Source of the DNA: an uncultured Candidatus Saccharibacteria bacterium
Lineage (GTDB): Bacteria; Patescibacteriota; Dojkabacteria; CAZCSM01
DNA length: 64,000 nucleotides
Assembly: GCA_964501355.1 (NCBI GenBank)
Contig: CAZCSM010000007.1
Location: 1,096 to 65,095, forward strand
Reading direction: 5' to 3'
Below the pieces are notes generated by a model. That model was not told where the DNA came from, did no database searches, and worked only from the letters and a program-made list of their open reading frames with translations. The translations under genes were made by a program, and so were the position numbers. Positions 1-10,505 of the stretch are shown piece by piece. The first letter of the stretch is position 1, and every line of letters starts with the position of its first letter.

Positions 1-1836
1 ATCATCAAGCGCAATGAAGAATCGGGATTCGCCAGGATCACCCTGACGACCGGAACGACCTCGAAGCTGATTATCAATTCTTCGAGACTCATGTCTTTCT
101 GTACCAATAACGTACAGTCCGCCAAGTTCAGTTACACCTTCACCAAGCGCAATGTCAGTTCCTCGACCTGCCATGTTTGTAGCAATTGTCACAGAACCTT
201 TTTGTCCTGCATCTGCAACAATCGAAGCTTCTTTCTCGTGTTGTTTTGCGTTTAGTACTTTATGTTTAACTCCCATTTTCTCAAGTTGCAAAGAAAGCAT
301 TTCAGAAATTTCAACAGATCTTGTACCAACAAGAACAGGTTGTCCTTTTTGGTTTCGTTCCTTAATTTCATCAGCAACGGCTTTGAATTTCGCAGCGGAT
401 GTTTTGTAAATCACATCATTTTGATCCTTTCGAATAATCGGTTTATTCGTTGGCATGACGACAACATCAAGATTGTAAATTCTGGAAAACTCCTCTGCTT
501 CTGTGACAGCAGTTCCTGTCATTCCGGCAAGCACATCGTAAAGTCGGAAGAAGTTCTGGAATGAAACGGTTGCGAGGGTTAATGATTCCTGTTTGATTTC
601 AACTCCTTCTTTTGCTTCGATTGCCTGATGAAGACCTTCTGAGAATCTTCGGCCTTTCATCAAACGACCTGTGAATTCATCAACAATAACAACTTCGCCA
701 TCTCGAACTAAATATTCGTCACCTTCCTTGTACAAAGTTTCAGCTTTGAGTGCATTATCAACATGATGCGCCATTCGATAATCTTCCCAAAGATTTTCAA
801 CACCAAGTGTTTTCTCAACTCTATGCATTCCAGCTTCCGTTAATGTCGCGGAATGAGCTTTTTCATCAATTTCATAATCAGTCGTTGGATCAAGTTTCTT
901 AACGATTTGTGCAAACTTCAAATATAGATCATTTGATTTTTCAGCAGGTGCAGAAATAATAAGAGGCGTTCTTGCTTCATCGATTAACACAGAGTCAACC
1001 TCATCGACGATGCAGAAGAATAAATCTCCTTGAACAATTCGATCTAAACTACGTGTCATATTGTCCCGAAGATAGTCAAATCCGAATTCATTATTTGTTC
1101 CGTATGTGATATCGCAGTCGTATGCTTCTTTCTTCGAACACTCTACCAGATTCGTTCCATGCAAACTTGAAAGCAACATTCTTCCGTTTTCCTTTGCCGT
1201 CTTTTTTCTTGCTTCAATTTCTTCTTTAACCTCATCACCCTTTAATTTTATAGCTTCATCGTCAGTAACGAACTTATATGCAACTTCATGCTGAACAACG
1301 CCGACGGTCATATCAAGTGCAGCGAAAACATGTCCGGCAAACTCCGCACCAACCTTTGCAAGATAATCATTTACCGTAACAATGTGGGATCCTTTGTTTA
1401 ATAATGCATAAAGATAAAGTGCAGGATGACATGAAATTGTTTTTCCCTCACCTGTTCTCTGCTCTGCAATTTTTCCCTCAGCAAGGACAATACCTGCCAT
1501 TAACTGAACATCAAAATGTCTATGCTGAATATGTCTTTTGGAGGCTTCTCGAACAACGGCAAATGCCTCCGGCATTATTTCGAAAAGCTTTGCCTGAACT
1601 TTTCGCATTCCCGCCCTGTACGTATCATCTTTCTGTGTTGGGAAGGTTTGGAAAATTTCGTCAATTTGTGATAAATCTAATCGCTTTTTAAATTCTTCTG
1701 TTTTTGCTTTTAGCTCTTCATCAGATAGTTTGGAAACTTCCGGTTCAAATTCATTCGCTTTATCAACGATTTTCTGAAGACGCTGAATTTGTTTCTCGTT
1801 TGAATCAAAAAGATTTTTGAAAATATTGAAAGCCAT
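1..1836 (-). CDS. secA: Preprotein translocase ATPase SecA (5' part; runs off the window edge)
   Basis: Not in the ORF track. Manual translation from ATG at 1836 gives [20 protein letters not shown]...; it includes [22 protein letters not shown] and [21 protein letters not shown] motifs and stays open to position 1. Confidence 0.97.
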   Translation of the reverse strand, partial: MAFNIFKNLFDSNEKQIQRLQKIVDKANEFEPEVSKLSDEELKAKTEEFKKRLDLSQIDEIFQTFPTQKDDTYRAGMRKVQAKLFEIMPEAFAVVREASKRHIQHRHFDVQLMAGIVLAEGKIAEQRTGEGKTISCHPALYLYALLNKGSHIVTVNDYLAKVGAEFAGHVFAALDMTVGVVQHEVAYKFVTDDEAIKLKGDEVKEEIEARKKTAKENGRMLLSSLHGTNLVECSKKEAYDCDITYGTNNEFGFDYLRDNMTRSLDRIVQGDLFFCIVDEVDSVLIDEARTPLIISAPAEKSNDLYLKFAQIVKKLDPTTDYEIDEKAHSATLTEAGMHRVEKTLGVENLWEDYRMAHHVDNALKAETLYKEGDEYLVRDGEVVIVDEFTGRLMKGRRFSEGLHQAIEAKEGVEIKQESLTLATVSFQNFFRLYDVLAGMTGTAVTEAEEFSRIYNLDVVVMPTNKPIIRKDQNDVIYKTSAAKFKAVADEIKERNQKGQPVLVGTRSVEISEMLSLQLEKMGVKHKVLNAKQHEKEASIVADAGQKGSVTIATNMAGRGTDIALGEGVTELGGLYVIGTERHESRRIDNQLRGRSGRQGDPGESRFFIALDD

Positions 1837-1864
1837 TGTTAGTAATTGTAAAAATATAAAGTTC

Positions 1865-1973
1865 TGTCATCTCGACTAAGTTTCGAAGAAACGCATGGAG
1901 AGATCTTTTTATTAAAAGACTTCTCGATTCTCCCAACTTCGCCAAGGCTACGATGGGCTCACTCGAAATGACA
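1865..1973. repeat. TGTCA...TGACA-tagged palindromic repeat pair
   Basis: tgtcatctcgac...gagagatct followed by ...ctcgaaatgaca; same family as many other copies in the window. Confidence 0.65.
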
Positions 1974-2080
1974 TAGCACAGATTCAAATTTGATTATACC
2001 TCAAAAGAGGGAAATGATGTAGAGAGAACTCAGCGATTTTATCACTACATTTAATAGAATTGGAGATCTCCAAATTAGTT

Positions 2081-3433
2081 TTACACGCTTCCCATCATTC
2101 CCCTCGCCGCCATTATCCCCGTACAAGCAGCACCTATTATATTTCCTGACAAACCGGCAGCATCGCCTGCAACAAATAATCCTTTAACGGAAGTCTCTAG
2201 ATTTTTATCTGTTAAAACTTTTGATCCACGATACTTAACCTCTGGAGCGTAAAGGAAATTTGCTCCATTATTAATACCAGGTGCAATACTTGCAAGTTTA
2301 TCCAAGCCTTCAATAATATTAGTAACAACACGATGCGGCAGCGCCATAGAAATGTCACCCGGTGTAACATCCTTAAGAGTCGGTTCAAGAAAACTTTTTT
2401 CAATTCGATTCCAAGTACTCCTTCTTCCCATCCGAAGATCTGCCAAACGCTGAATTATCGGTTTTCCACCGCCAATTGTATTTGCAAGACCCGCGATTGC
2501 CTGAGCATACTCAGTCGTATTGTCTTGAGGCTCTGTTAATTCTATCTCTGTAACGAAAGCAAAATTTGAGTTTGCAGATTGATGATCGGAATTAGAATGA
2601 CCGTTTACACATACATATCCCTGATAGTCCTCCATTGCAACCTTGCCATTTGGACAAGGACAAAATGTTCTGACAACATCATCAAATGTTTTTGTTCGAA
2701 CCTCGTAAATAGATTCATACATATTCTCTTCAAAATCTTTCATAATACTCGAAGGAAATTCATATCTCACGCCAACTTCGACTTTATCGAAGAAAACATT
2801 AATGCCATTCTTCTTGCAAACTCGTTGTAACCACAAAGCCCCTACTCTTCCGGTTGCAACCAAAACTTTAGAAGCCTTCAGTGTCTTACCGTTTACAAGT
2901 TCAACACCTTTCGCCGTTCCCTTTTCCACAATCACATCTTTTACTTCCGCATTACCAATTATTTCAACACCTTTTTCTTCAAGATAATTTTGGAAACTAA
3001 GCATAACATCGAATAATTTATCCGTACCGACATGTCGCATTCTTCGAACGAAGATTCGAATGTCATTTCTCTCACAGAGCTGAACAATCTCGTCTGCAAC
3101 ACTCATATCCTTTGGATAATATTCTGAATCAACGCCGAATTGAGTGTAAATCTCATCAACCTCATCAATTATCTTTTTATACTTGGATTCGGAAATTACA
3201 CTTAATGCTTTTTGATGACTCAAGATTGGAGTGTAGTGCAGTTTGCCATCAGAAAAAGTTCCCGCACCACCGAAACCACACATTACTTCATTTTTCTTCC
3301 TCTTCTCAATTCGGTTCCCTCTATCAAGAAGGGCAATCTTTAGATTTGGAGACTTGTTAATTAACTCATATGCGGCGAACATTCCAGCAGGTCCAGCACC
3401 CACGATTAGCACATCGTAACTTTTCGATTTCAT
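2081..3433 (-). CDS. NAD(P)/FAD-dependent oxidoreductase (uncharacterized FAD-dependent dehydrogenase family)
   Basis: GAGPAG dinucleotide-binding motif, GGAGTFSDGKL, TFCPCPNG, NGHS and a C-terminal GLFVAGD. Confidence 0.88.
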   Translation of the reverse strand: MKSKSYDVLIVGAGPAGMFAAYELINKSPNLKIALLDRGNRIEKRKKNEVMCGFGGAGTFSDGKLHYTPILSHQKALSVISESKYKKIIDEVDEIYTQFGVDSEYYPKDMSVADEIVQLCERNDIRIFVRRMRHVGTDKLFDVMLSFQNYLEEKGVEIIGNAEVKDVIVEKGTAKGVELVNGKTLKASKVLVATGRVGALWLQRVCKKNGINVFFDKVEVGVRYEFPSSIMKDFEENMYESIYEVRTKTFDDVVRTFCPCPNGKVAMEDYQGYVCVNGHSNSDHQSANSNFAFVTEIELTEPQDNTTEYAQAIAGLANTIGGGKPIIQRLADLRMGRRSTWNRIEKSFLEPTLKDVTPGDISMALPHRVVTNIIEGLDKLASIAPGINNGANFLYAPEVKYRGSKVLTDKNLETSVKGLFVAGDAAGLSGNIIGAACTGIMAARGMMGSV

Positions 3434-3643
3434 TTGGGGAAATAGATTATATTAACAATAGATTATATAACGAAATCTATCGTTTGTGAAATGAAATATG
3501 ATGGATGCCTCAGGGAAAACATATGAAAGTTGTGTTATTGCGGATTCTTGTATTAAGCTTATCGAAGTATATTGCGCGATTTCAGTATTTTTAACTGAGA
3601 AAAGAGATACCGGAATAAATCTGGCATGACACGGAGAGAACGT

Positions 3644-4231
3644 TTACTTCCCTGTCAACTGAAACTCTCCAAGCTCCCTGTAAACATAGCCATCCTTTGC
3701 GGGGTCTGAATGAACAAGTTTGATTGAAGTAACAGGCATTACTTTTCCAAAACCTTCCCACGTTGCTCTTTCAATTGCATCGTTGACTTCACCAATTTTC
3801 TTTCGATGAATATTTCCGTGAAGACGACCAATCGTTATGTGTGGAATATAATCTTTTTTCGGGGCGTACAAATCTTTGAATCTTCCGCCGCCCAATGCAT
3901 GCTCTACATCGAGAACAAGCTGAGTTAGCTCCGGACTTGGTGCCAACATTATGTTCAAAACTTTTGGGAATTTATCATGTGGGAAACCAAGTTGAATTTT
4001 ACTTAAGCTAAGTTCAAAGGGTTTATGTTCTTTCAAAACATTCGGAATAATGTTTTTTAATTCTTCAATAGTTCTCTCACCGACTTCCGGGCCTAAATAC
4101 TTCAAAGTTAAATGAACATCCGGTGCCGGGACAAACCGCAGGTTTTGCTTTTGTTTTCTCAGCTGAAGTTTGAATGACTTATAATCATAAAGGATGTCTT
4201 TTGTTGGGAATATCCCCAAAAATGCTTGCAT
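3644..4231 (-). CDS. thpR: RNA 2',3'-cyclic phosphodiesterase (2H phosphoesterase)
   Basis: Two HxT motifs (VHLTLKYLG and PHITIGR) at typical spacing; 195 aa. Confidence 0.85.
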   Translation of the reverse strand: MQAFLGIFPTKDILYDYKSFKLQLRKQKQNLRFVPAPDVHLTLKYLGPEVGERTIEELKNIIPNVLKEHKPFELSLSKIQLGFPHDKFPKVLNIMLAPSPELTQLVLDVEHALGGGRFKDLYAPKKDYIPHITIGRLHGNIHRKKIGEVNDAIERATWEGFGKVMPVTSIKLVHSDPAKDGYVYRELGEFQLTGK

Positions 4232-4244
4232 ATTAATAATATTA

Positions 4245-5411
4245 TTATTTATCTCGTTTAAGTGATTCTATAATTATATTCGCGGATTGTACAGCACCGG
4301 ATTTTCCGACCGCAATCTGGGACGACTTAACCTCCGAACTGAATTTAGATATTGCCCGAAGCAAACTTCTTTTTGTATAAAGTATTTTACCCCTTTCTTT
4401 TGTTAACAACATATTAGAGATCGTAAACTGTCCTAACATTTGAGGCCAAGCGAAGACATATTTGCCATTTGTTATCGCTTGCATCAACGATCCTTGTCCA
4501 CCGTGATTCACTACGAAGGAAACATGATTGCTTATGGTACCCCCAGGTAAAAAATCCCTAACGAAATAGTTTTCATTATCATCTTTCACTTTGAATCTTC
4601 CCCCGGTGCTTCCCAAAACGAAATAACCACATTTAACTAGATATAAAAGAATTTCCTCAAAATCATTTTTACCAAAGCCGGTTCCACCTGTGGTTAGATA
4701 AACCAAGGGACGTCCTTTCGCGATCTTATTAATTTGCTCTATATCTATTGGCAAATCCTCATACTGAGATACAGGAATCCACCCGACGAAAATAGCATGT
4801 GGATTAACCCTTGCTATTAATTTATTTTGTGGCTCAGGAACAATTTTTGTACAGCTGAAAACGTACCACCAGAAACCTAAGATCTTCCACGGCTTTACTA
4901 TCAATGCAGGAAAGGTGTTTAAAAGAGATGCGAAAAACAGATGCAGGAGAAAGAAAAGGATCCTTACCGGAATGGTCATAATATCTGTTAATCCATGAAA
5001 GAATAGGTCTCCGATTGGAAATAGTAGATTATATGAATTTGATATCAAGAAAGAAGGAATTCCAAGCTCGTATGCAGCAAACAGACTGGAGAATGAAAAG
5101 TCCGCAACAACGGCATCAATATTATGGCTTTTCAAAAAAATCCGCTCTTCCTTCAGACGACGATTTGTATTTTGAATGAAGGTTAATCCGCGCCGAATAC
5201 CGGATCTGGAGTCATTTTCTTGTGGGACCAAACCTGAAATTTCTCTATGTGTAATGTTGTATTTGGATAAATTCTCGCCAAGAGCACCAAGCTTCGCACT
5301 AGTTATACAAAAAACAACATCTACATCTCTTTGAGATAGGGCCTTTGCAATTTCAAAAGAACGCGTAATGTGAGCTATACCATAATCATTCGGGATAACT
5401 GCAATTTTCAT
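4245..5411 (-). CDS. GT-B glycosyltransferase (GT1/GT28-like)
   Basis: N-terminal GIAHITR, VVADF, YLTTGGTG and VVNHGGQGS nucleotide-sugar motif. Confidence 0.8.
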   Translation of the reverse strand: MKIAVIPNDYGIAHITRSFEIAKALSQRDVDVVFCITSAKLGALGENLSKYNITHREISGLVPQENDSRSGIRRGLTFIQNTNRRLKEERIFLKSHNIDAVVADFSFSSLFAAYELGIPSFLISNSYNLLFPIGDLFFHGLTDIMTIPVRILFFLLHLFFASLLNTFPALIVKPWKILGFWWYVFSCTKIVPEPQNKLIARVNPHAIFVGWIPVSQYEDLPIDIEQINKIAKGRPLVYLTTGGTGFGKNDFEEILLYLVKCGYFVLGSTGGRFKVKDDNENYFVRDFLPGGTISNHVSFVVNHGGQGSLMQAITNGKYVFAWPQMLGQFTISNMLLTKERGKILYTKRSLLRAISKFSSEVKSSQIAVGKSGAVQSANIIIESLKRDK

Positions 5412-5806
5412 TTTGTATTCGCAATTATCTCAGTAATGTATGGGAACCAAATCAGAAAACCGACGGTTGCCGTAGTTAGCGCGCCAATTAAAACTGCACC
5501 TGCCATAGCATCTTTCGCATACTCGATATCTTTGCGGTATTCTGTTGTAACAATATCGCACAAAAGTTCAACCACTCCATTTACGCTCTCTAGAGCAAGA
5601 ATTAATCCTATGCAGAAGACAACTATTGCCATTTCCACATTTGTTATTTCAAGCAGGAAACTTATGACTAGTGAAAATATTGCGGCAAGCACCTCAATCT
5701 TGAAATTGCCCTCGTGATCAAAAATCTTAACTAACCCACGCCAAGCATATTTTTGGGACTTCAGATGATTCTTGATAAGATTTTTATTTTCTACTTTTTC
5801 CTTCAT
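5408..5806 (-). CDS. dgkA: Diacylglycerol/undecaprenol kinase family protein
   Basis: YAWRG, EGNF, LESVNGVVELLCD and AKDAMAGAV motifs with three TM segments; 4-bp overlap with the GT gene. Confidence 0.88.
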   Translation of the reverse strand: MKEKVENKNLIKNHLKSQKYAWRGLVKIFDHEGNFKIEVLAAIFSLVISFLLEITNVEMAIVVFCIGLILALESVNGVVELLCDIVTTEYRKDIEYAKDAMAGAVLIGALTTATVGFLIWFPYITEIIANTK

Positions 5807-5839
5807 AATAAGTTAAACTTAATCTTCATATTTTACATA

Positions 5840-5874
5840 AGGTTATAGGGATTAGGTTTTAGCGTCTAGCTTCT
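5840..5874. repeat. Heptamer tandem array at the 3' end of the four-helix-bundle gene
   Basis: aggttat-agggatt-aggtttt-agcgtct-agcttct; inverted relative to the array at 6232-6266. Confidence 0.65.
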
Positions 5875-6220
5875 TAATCATGGAATTCAACATTTTTGAA
5901 ATTTCAATAACTGTATCCATAATCTTATCAACTTTTAAGCTATCCATGTAATTTAAATTACATGCAATTCTTAATTGTGTTTCTAATTCAAAAGTTGAAC
6001 CCCTCGCAATATGTAAAAATTGGCAATAATCTTTCCTTGAAGATCGTCCGTAACCTTCTGCGATATTTGAAGGGATAGAAATCGCGGCTCTTCTTATTTG
6101 AGAAGTAAGACCGTACAATTCATCTTTAGGAAACTGTTTCGTGTTTTCATAAACCAATACAACAAGAGACATTGATTTGTTCCAAACGATAAGTTCCTTA
6201 TAAGATTTAATTCTAGACAT
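5852..6220 (-). CDS. Four-helix-bundle protein (23S rRNA IVP / bAvd-like family)
   Basis: LIVWNKSM, FPKDELYGLTSQIRRAAISIPSNIAEG and ARGSTFELETQL signatures. Confidence 0.93.
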   Translation of the reverse strand: MSRIKSYKELIVWNKSMSLVVLVYENTKQFPKDELYGLTSQIRRAAISIPSNIAEGYGRSSRKDYCQFLHIARGSTFELETQLRIACNLNYMDSLKVDKIMDTVIEISKMLNSMIKKLDAKT

Positions 6221-6231
6221 ATTGATGAAAA

Positions 6232-6266
6232 CTAATCCCTATCCCCTATAACCTAAACCCTATTCA
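6232..6266. repeat. Heptamer tandem array 5' of the four-helix-bundle gene
   Basis: ctaatcc-ctatccc-ctataac-ctaaacc-ctattca. Confidence 0.7.
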
Positions 6267-6844
6267 GTGGGCTCTAATATTCCATATCCACCGGTTGCTC
6301 TTTTATACACGACTGAATACTCGCCATTTTCAACATTCCGAAACATCCAAAAACGACCATCCGTTAATTCCATTCTCTCAATCGCTTCTTCCGGAGTCAT
6401 TGGCTGAGTATCAACAACTGTTCTTTTTGTAATTTCAGGGAATGAAATCTGGTATTCCTCTTGATACACATCCGTTCCTTCTTCTGAATCTTCAGCTATC
6501 ATATCAGCCTCAATTTCACTAAGACTTTTCTCACCTTTCCAATAATCAAACTTATCCTCATATCGCTTTATTTTTCGGGCTAACTGATCAGAAACTTTAT
6601 CAATCAAAGCATAAACATCGCCGCCTTTTTCGGCAACACGAATTAATGTATTTGGGATCTTGACATTTATTTCCACAACGAAATCCTGAGCAACACCGCG
6701 ATGTGGCATCAGCTCTGTTACTTCAACAAGAATGTGAGTGGCCTTTTCTAAAATATCTGCGTACTTTCCAATTTTATTTGCAGCATAATCTTTGATTGGC
6801 GTTGTTAACTCCATATTTCGAACGGTGATTTGTGGATTGACCAT
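6260..6844 (-). CDS. hpf: Ribosome hibernation promoting factor (long HPF / RaiA)
   Basis: N-terminal ITVRNMELT...DVYALIDKV domain plus C-terminal PMTPEEAIERMEL...FRN...VVYKR..GGYG dimerization domain. Confidence 0.93.
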   Translation of the reverse strand: MVNPQITVRNMELTTPIKDYAANKIGKYADILEKATHILVEVTELMPHRGVAQDFVVEINVKIPNTLIRVAEKGGDVYALIDKVSDQLARKIKRYEDKFDYWKGEKSLSEIEADMIAEDSEEGTDVYQEEYQISFPEITKRTVVDTQPMTPEEAIERMELTDGRFWMFRNVENGEYSVVYKRATGGYGILEPTE

Positions 6845-6907
6845 CTACTTTTTTTACTAAAATAATAAATACTTTATTTAATCTAGTTTACTATCATTCT
6901 ACACATT

Positions 6908-7570
6908 TTACACGAGATTTTTAAATTGCTTATGAAAATAATTTTCTAACAATTCTGTAAATAACTGTTGACCTAATCTGTAATCCCCGTCAATCTTATC
7001 CTGGAAATGTGATTGATACATTTCCTTCTTATCTTTAATTGATAACGACAAAGGGTTCGTATTGTCAACATGAGCTGTGACGTAATAAATATTATTCGCC
7101 TTATCTTCAAAGATTCTGATGTGCAAACGTCTTTTTCCAAATCCCGGAAGAAATAGTTGAAACTTTGGGAGAGGTAATGATATAAAGAACCAATTGATAA
7201 ATGCCCAGATCGGAGCATACAGGGATGGAATATCTAAATCTTTAACGGCCGCCATATCTGCATATTTTGAAGCTCCCCAAACCATATCCACAATAAAACC
7301 CATCTTAATCAGAAGCTTCTTGAGAAGCATTGATCCGCCGACATATTCTAATTTCACAATCTCCTCTGCACGATTTTTAAATTCGTATTTCAATAATTTT
7401 TCTAATGTTGAGGAAGATGGATTTATAGATTCTTTATCTATAACACTCCATACGAATCCGGGAAGAGGAATAAACATTAAATAAATGGCAGATAGAACCT
7501 TACGATAAAAGTATTTGAACTTTAAAGCCAATTCCACCCAAAGAGATCTCCCCGAAGAATCTTTTATCAT
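6908..7570 (-). CDS. Hypothetical protein (weak LssY-C-like RxHIR motif)
   Basis: 220 aa ORF in the same orientation as its neighbours; RRLHIRIF..YVTAHVD. Confidence 0.6.
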   Translation of the reverse strand: MIKDSSGRSLWVELALKFKYFYRKVLSAIYLMFIPLPGFVWSVIDKESINPSSSTLEKLLKYEFKNRAEEIVKLEYVGGSMLLKKLLIKMGFIVDMVWGASKYADMAAVKDLDIPSLYAPIWAFINWFFISLPLPKFQLFLPGFGKRRLHIRIFEDKANNIYYVTAHVDNTNPLSLSIKDKKEMYQSHFQDKIDGDYRLGQQLFTELLENYFHKQFKNLV

Positions 7571-7754
7571 AGACGCATAAACCCTAAATCCGAATTCCTA
7601 AATTCTAAAAAACTTAAAACTCATTTTTGCCAAGTTCCGAAACCTAAACGCCATCCTTCTGTAACCTGCAAATTGCCAACTCGTGACCTTTGACATTATA
7701 GACGTTTGACGTTTAAACAATGTTTCGTCGATGTTTTCTCTACGTTTTATCAAT

Positions 7755-8936
7755 TTATAAAAACAACATCAACAAACTAATCGCAATAATACTAACTCCA
7801 ATCGACAACTTCATTAATGATCTGTTCTTGTGTTCCCACTCCTTGAGTTTAATCAGATCTACACCTTTTGCAATAAGAATTAATATTACAATTAGAGGAA
7901 GAACAAAAAGCAAGTTATACATACCAATTGAGGCGAAAACCTGCCAACCGAGATTTGTTTGTTGACCAAGTACCTGTAACGTCCCAACATAAATTGGGAG
8001 TGAGCATGGAGTTTCAAAAATAGTTACTAGAACACCAAGAAGAATAGTTGCAGGAATTGAACCTTTTTCAACTAGTTTATTCAACATTGGCTGAACTCTT
8101 TTCGGAATTCCAAGAGTGAATCCTTCGTCACCAGGAAACAAGAAATCTTTTATGTTAATAATCCCGGCAAGAATTAGGACCTCCGCCATTACGACTTTTA
8201 TAATATCCGAAATTTTTGAATAAACCGGATTCGCAAGAAAGGAATTTACGGAACTGTATAAAATTAATCCGACGATGAAATATGTTGTGAAAACAGTTGC
8301 AACGTATGTCATTCCGATTGGAAGAACTTTGTGTTTTTGATCTGCAAAAATTACTAAGTAACCCAATAGAAATAACATCATACCAATTGCGCATGGATTA
8401 ATACCATCGGCCAAACCGGCTGCAAATGTAACGCCAAGATTTACGCACTCATCAAGGAAATCACCTTCTTCCATCTCAGCATGGAAAGGACACGAACCGA
8501 ATTCAAGTTCATAATCGGATTGCTCCCAAGCGGAAATTCCACCTTCCAAAACGTAAAGATTGGCAAATCCGTATTCGCGAAGTTTCTTCGCTGCAGTATC
8601 ACTCATACCACAACTGACCGCGCTACAGAAAAGTACATAATCTTTTTTCTTATCTAATCGGGTATAGTCATTATCGATTTGTTCTAGTGTTATCCCAATT
8701 GCAGAAGGGATATGGCCATTTACATACTCCGCTTCCGAACGAACGTCAATTATAACTAAATTGGAATCATTTGCATCAACTCGAGTTTTCAGTTCATCTG
8801 CTCGAATAGTTTGAATATTTATGTTCTTTCTCCACTCTGCCTGAATCTTTGTTCGATATGAAACATAAAAGATAGGAGTACCAAGAGTAATTATCCCGAG
8901 AAGAATTAGTAAGATAAGTTTAATATTTTTATTCAT
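7755..8936 (-). CDS. Rhodanese domain fused to a CcdA/DsbD-type transmembrane domain
   Basis: IIDVRSEAEYVNGHIPSA, LFCSAVSC and LEGGISAW (rhodanese), then ADGINPCA and ETPCSLP (paired CcdA cysteines) with multiple TM helices. Confidence 0.85.
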   Translation of the reverse strand: MNKNIKLILLILLGIITLGTPIFYVSYRTKIQAEWRKNINIQTIRADELKTRVDANDSNLVIIDVRSEAEYVNGHIPSAIGITLEQIDNDYTRLDKKKDYVLFCSAVSCGMSDTAAKKLREYGFANLYVLEGGISAWEQSDYELEFGSCPFHAEMEEGDFLDECVNLGVTFAAGLADGINPCAIGMMLFLLGYLVIFADQKHKVLPIGMTYVATVFTTYFIVGLILYSSVNSFLANPVYSKISDIIKVVMAEVLILAGIINIKDFLFPGDEGFTLGIPKRVQPMLNKLVEKGSIPATILLGVLVTIFETPCSLPIYVGTLQVLGQQTNLGWQVFASIGMYNLLFVLPLIVILILIAKGVDLIKLKEWEHKNRSLMKLSIGVSIIAISLLMLFL

Positions 8937-8960
8937 ATGTAAAAACTAAATAAATTGATG

Positions 8961-9003
8961 TGTCATCCCGGACCGGACGAAGTCCGGAATGATCCGGGAT
9001 CTC
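8961..9003. repeat. TGTCA-tagged palindrome
   Basis: tgtcatcccgga-ccggacgaagtccgg-aatgatccgggatctc. Confidence 0.7.
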
Positions 9004-9153
9004 GTAAAATATATGAAATATATTTTACGGTCACTCACGCTGTTTCATTCTACCAATTTCAAGGGAACATTTCAGCAAGATTGTAGCTCCTTTTAGAATA
9101 TAAAAAACGAAGAGATCTATTAAATGGATATGATTTCAAATCTAAAACATTCC

Positions 9154-10161
9154 TTATAGCTCCCGATTTAATAAATCCTCATAATAAGCCGAGTGTTCTA
9201 CTAAAACGGGAACTGTAATTCCGAATCTACCGAAATCCTTACGTTGCCCACCATAAGCAATTGGAGCTTGTAAAGCCATAGGTAGTCCAACAGAACGGCA
9301 GATTGTATCACAACACGTATCAATATTAGCCGTAAATATAAAAGGCGGATAATTATCTCCAGAAAGACCTGTACCCCAACATCGCCTATCGTTAAGTAAA
9401 GTTTCAACAGACGATCTCTTAAAAAAAGGAAAAATATTACCAGCTAAAATGATGTCATCTGGATTAAAAGCACGACCCAATATTGCAAAATAATGAGATC
9501 CTACATTCCCATCAGAATAAACATAAAATGGTAACATCGCCAATATATCAGGTCGATCAACAATGTTTAGAATCGCATCTTTAATTAACTGAGCTTTACT
9601 TTCTCTCTCTCCATCTTCAAAACGTAATGACTTTGTTTTAAGTACTCTTCTTTTCGCCAGATAATTATCTATCACCCCCAGAGGTGTTGGCTCATTATTT
9701 CGTACAGCAAGCCAGAATTTTTTTATTAAACCGTCACCATGCCAATCCATCCCAAGACTAGCAATCTTCTTATATTTTTCTGGTGCTAATAAAAGAGTAG
9801 CAAGAAGCTTGTGCCCTATAGCACAATCGCCCCAAGTTCCTAAGCTTTCATACGATTTGATCTGAATTTGTAAGTTTCGTCGTAGATATTCATACAAAGC
9901 TGCTGGATGTATTAATTTAGCTGTCGCAATTAAATCCTCTAAATGAGCATTTTGGGAACTTAGGGCATAGTTTACTAAAGGAATTGCAGTTGTCATACAC
10001 TCCTCATCTCTTAGTGCAACAAGAATTTCACTTCTAGGAGGAAGTGAGAAGGAGTCAGAGTCAGTTTCTGGGCTCAAACTATAAGTTTTTAATAATACCT
10101 GAGTTTGACTTCCCGGTCCTTCTTGAACCAGACATGTCTCCAATCCAATTTTTCCCGTCAT
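9154..10161 (-). CDS. Hypothetical protein
   Basis: 335 aa ORF with no recognised family; contains GDC and HYFA motifs. Confidence 0.65.
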   Translation of the reverse strand: MTGKIGLETCLVQEGPGSQTQVLLKTYSLSPETDSDSFSLPPRSEILVALRDEECMTTAIPLVNYALSSQNAHLEDLIATAKLIHPAALYEYLRRNLQIQIKSYESLGTWGDCAIGHKLLATLLLAPEKYKKIASLGMDWHGDGLIKKFWLAVRNNEPTPLGVIDNYLAKRRVLKTKSLRFEDGERESKAQLIKDAILNIVDRPDILAMLPFYVYSDGNVGSHYFAILGRAFNPDDIILAGNIFPFFKRSSVETLLNDRRCWGTGLSGDNYPPFIFTANIDTCCDTICRSVGLPMALQAPIAYGGQRKDFGRFGITVPVLVEHSAYYEDLLNREL

Positions 10162-10505
10162 TTATTGACATTTCGGTAAAACAAAATAATATCGTGAGTA
10201 AAATTGTTCAGATTTTAATATGTTAAAAGATTTTATGCAACAAATACCTTTTCCCGCAGATTCAAGTACTTACTTTCCGCAGGAGCAGGTACTTGTGGTG
10301 AGCTATGTTGAACCATCAACCTGCTCCTTATTATTTTCTATTTCTGTGCCAGTCACCCGCCTACGGGTGACGAGGGGAAATATCAAAACACAAAGTCATC
10401 CGAAAGACGGATGACTTCTACAAACATATTAACGCCTAAAAGTTCAACGATTTTTGCATTTTAATTTGTGACTTTTGAGATTTGATTTTTTATTTTTGGA
10501 TTTAT

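Noticed and set aside
152-1691. Short plus-strand ORFs from the ORF track
   Set aside because: They are antisense shadows of secA; the same applies to most short ORFs opposite long genes elsewhere in the window.
5852-6220. Diversity-generating retroelement suggested by the bAvd-like gene
   Set aside because: No reverse transcriptase and no template/variable repeat pair with adenine-specific mismatches in the window.
7598-7696. Short minus-strand ORF starting MSKV, considered as ribosomal protein L28
   Set aside because: The translation (MSKVTSWQFAGYRRMAF...) lacks L28 motifs and runs into heptamer repeats.
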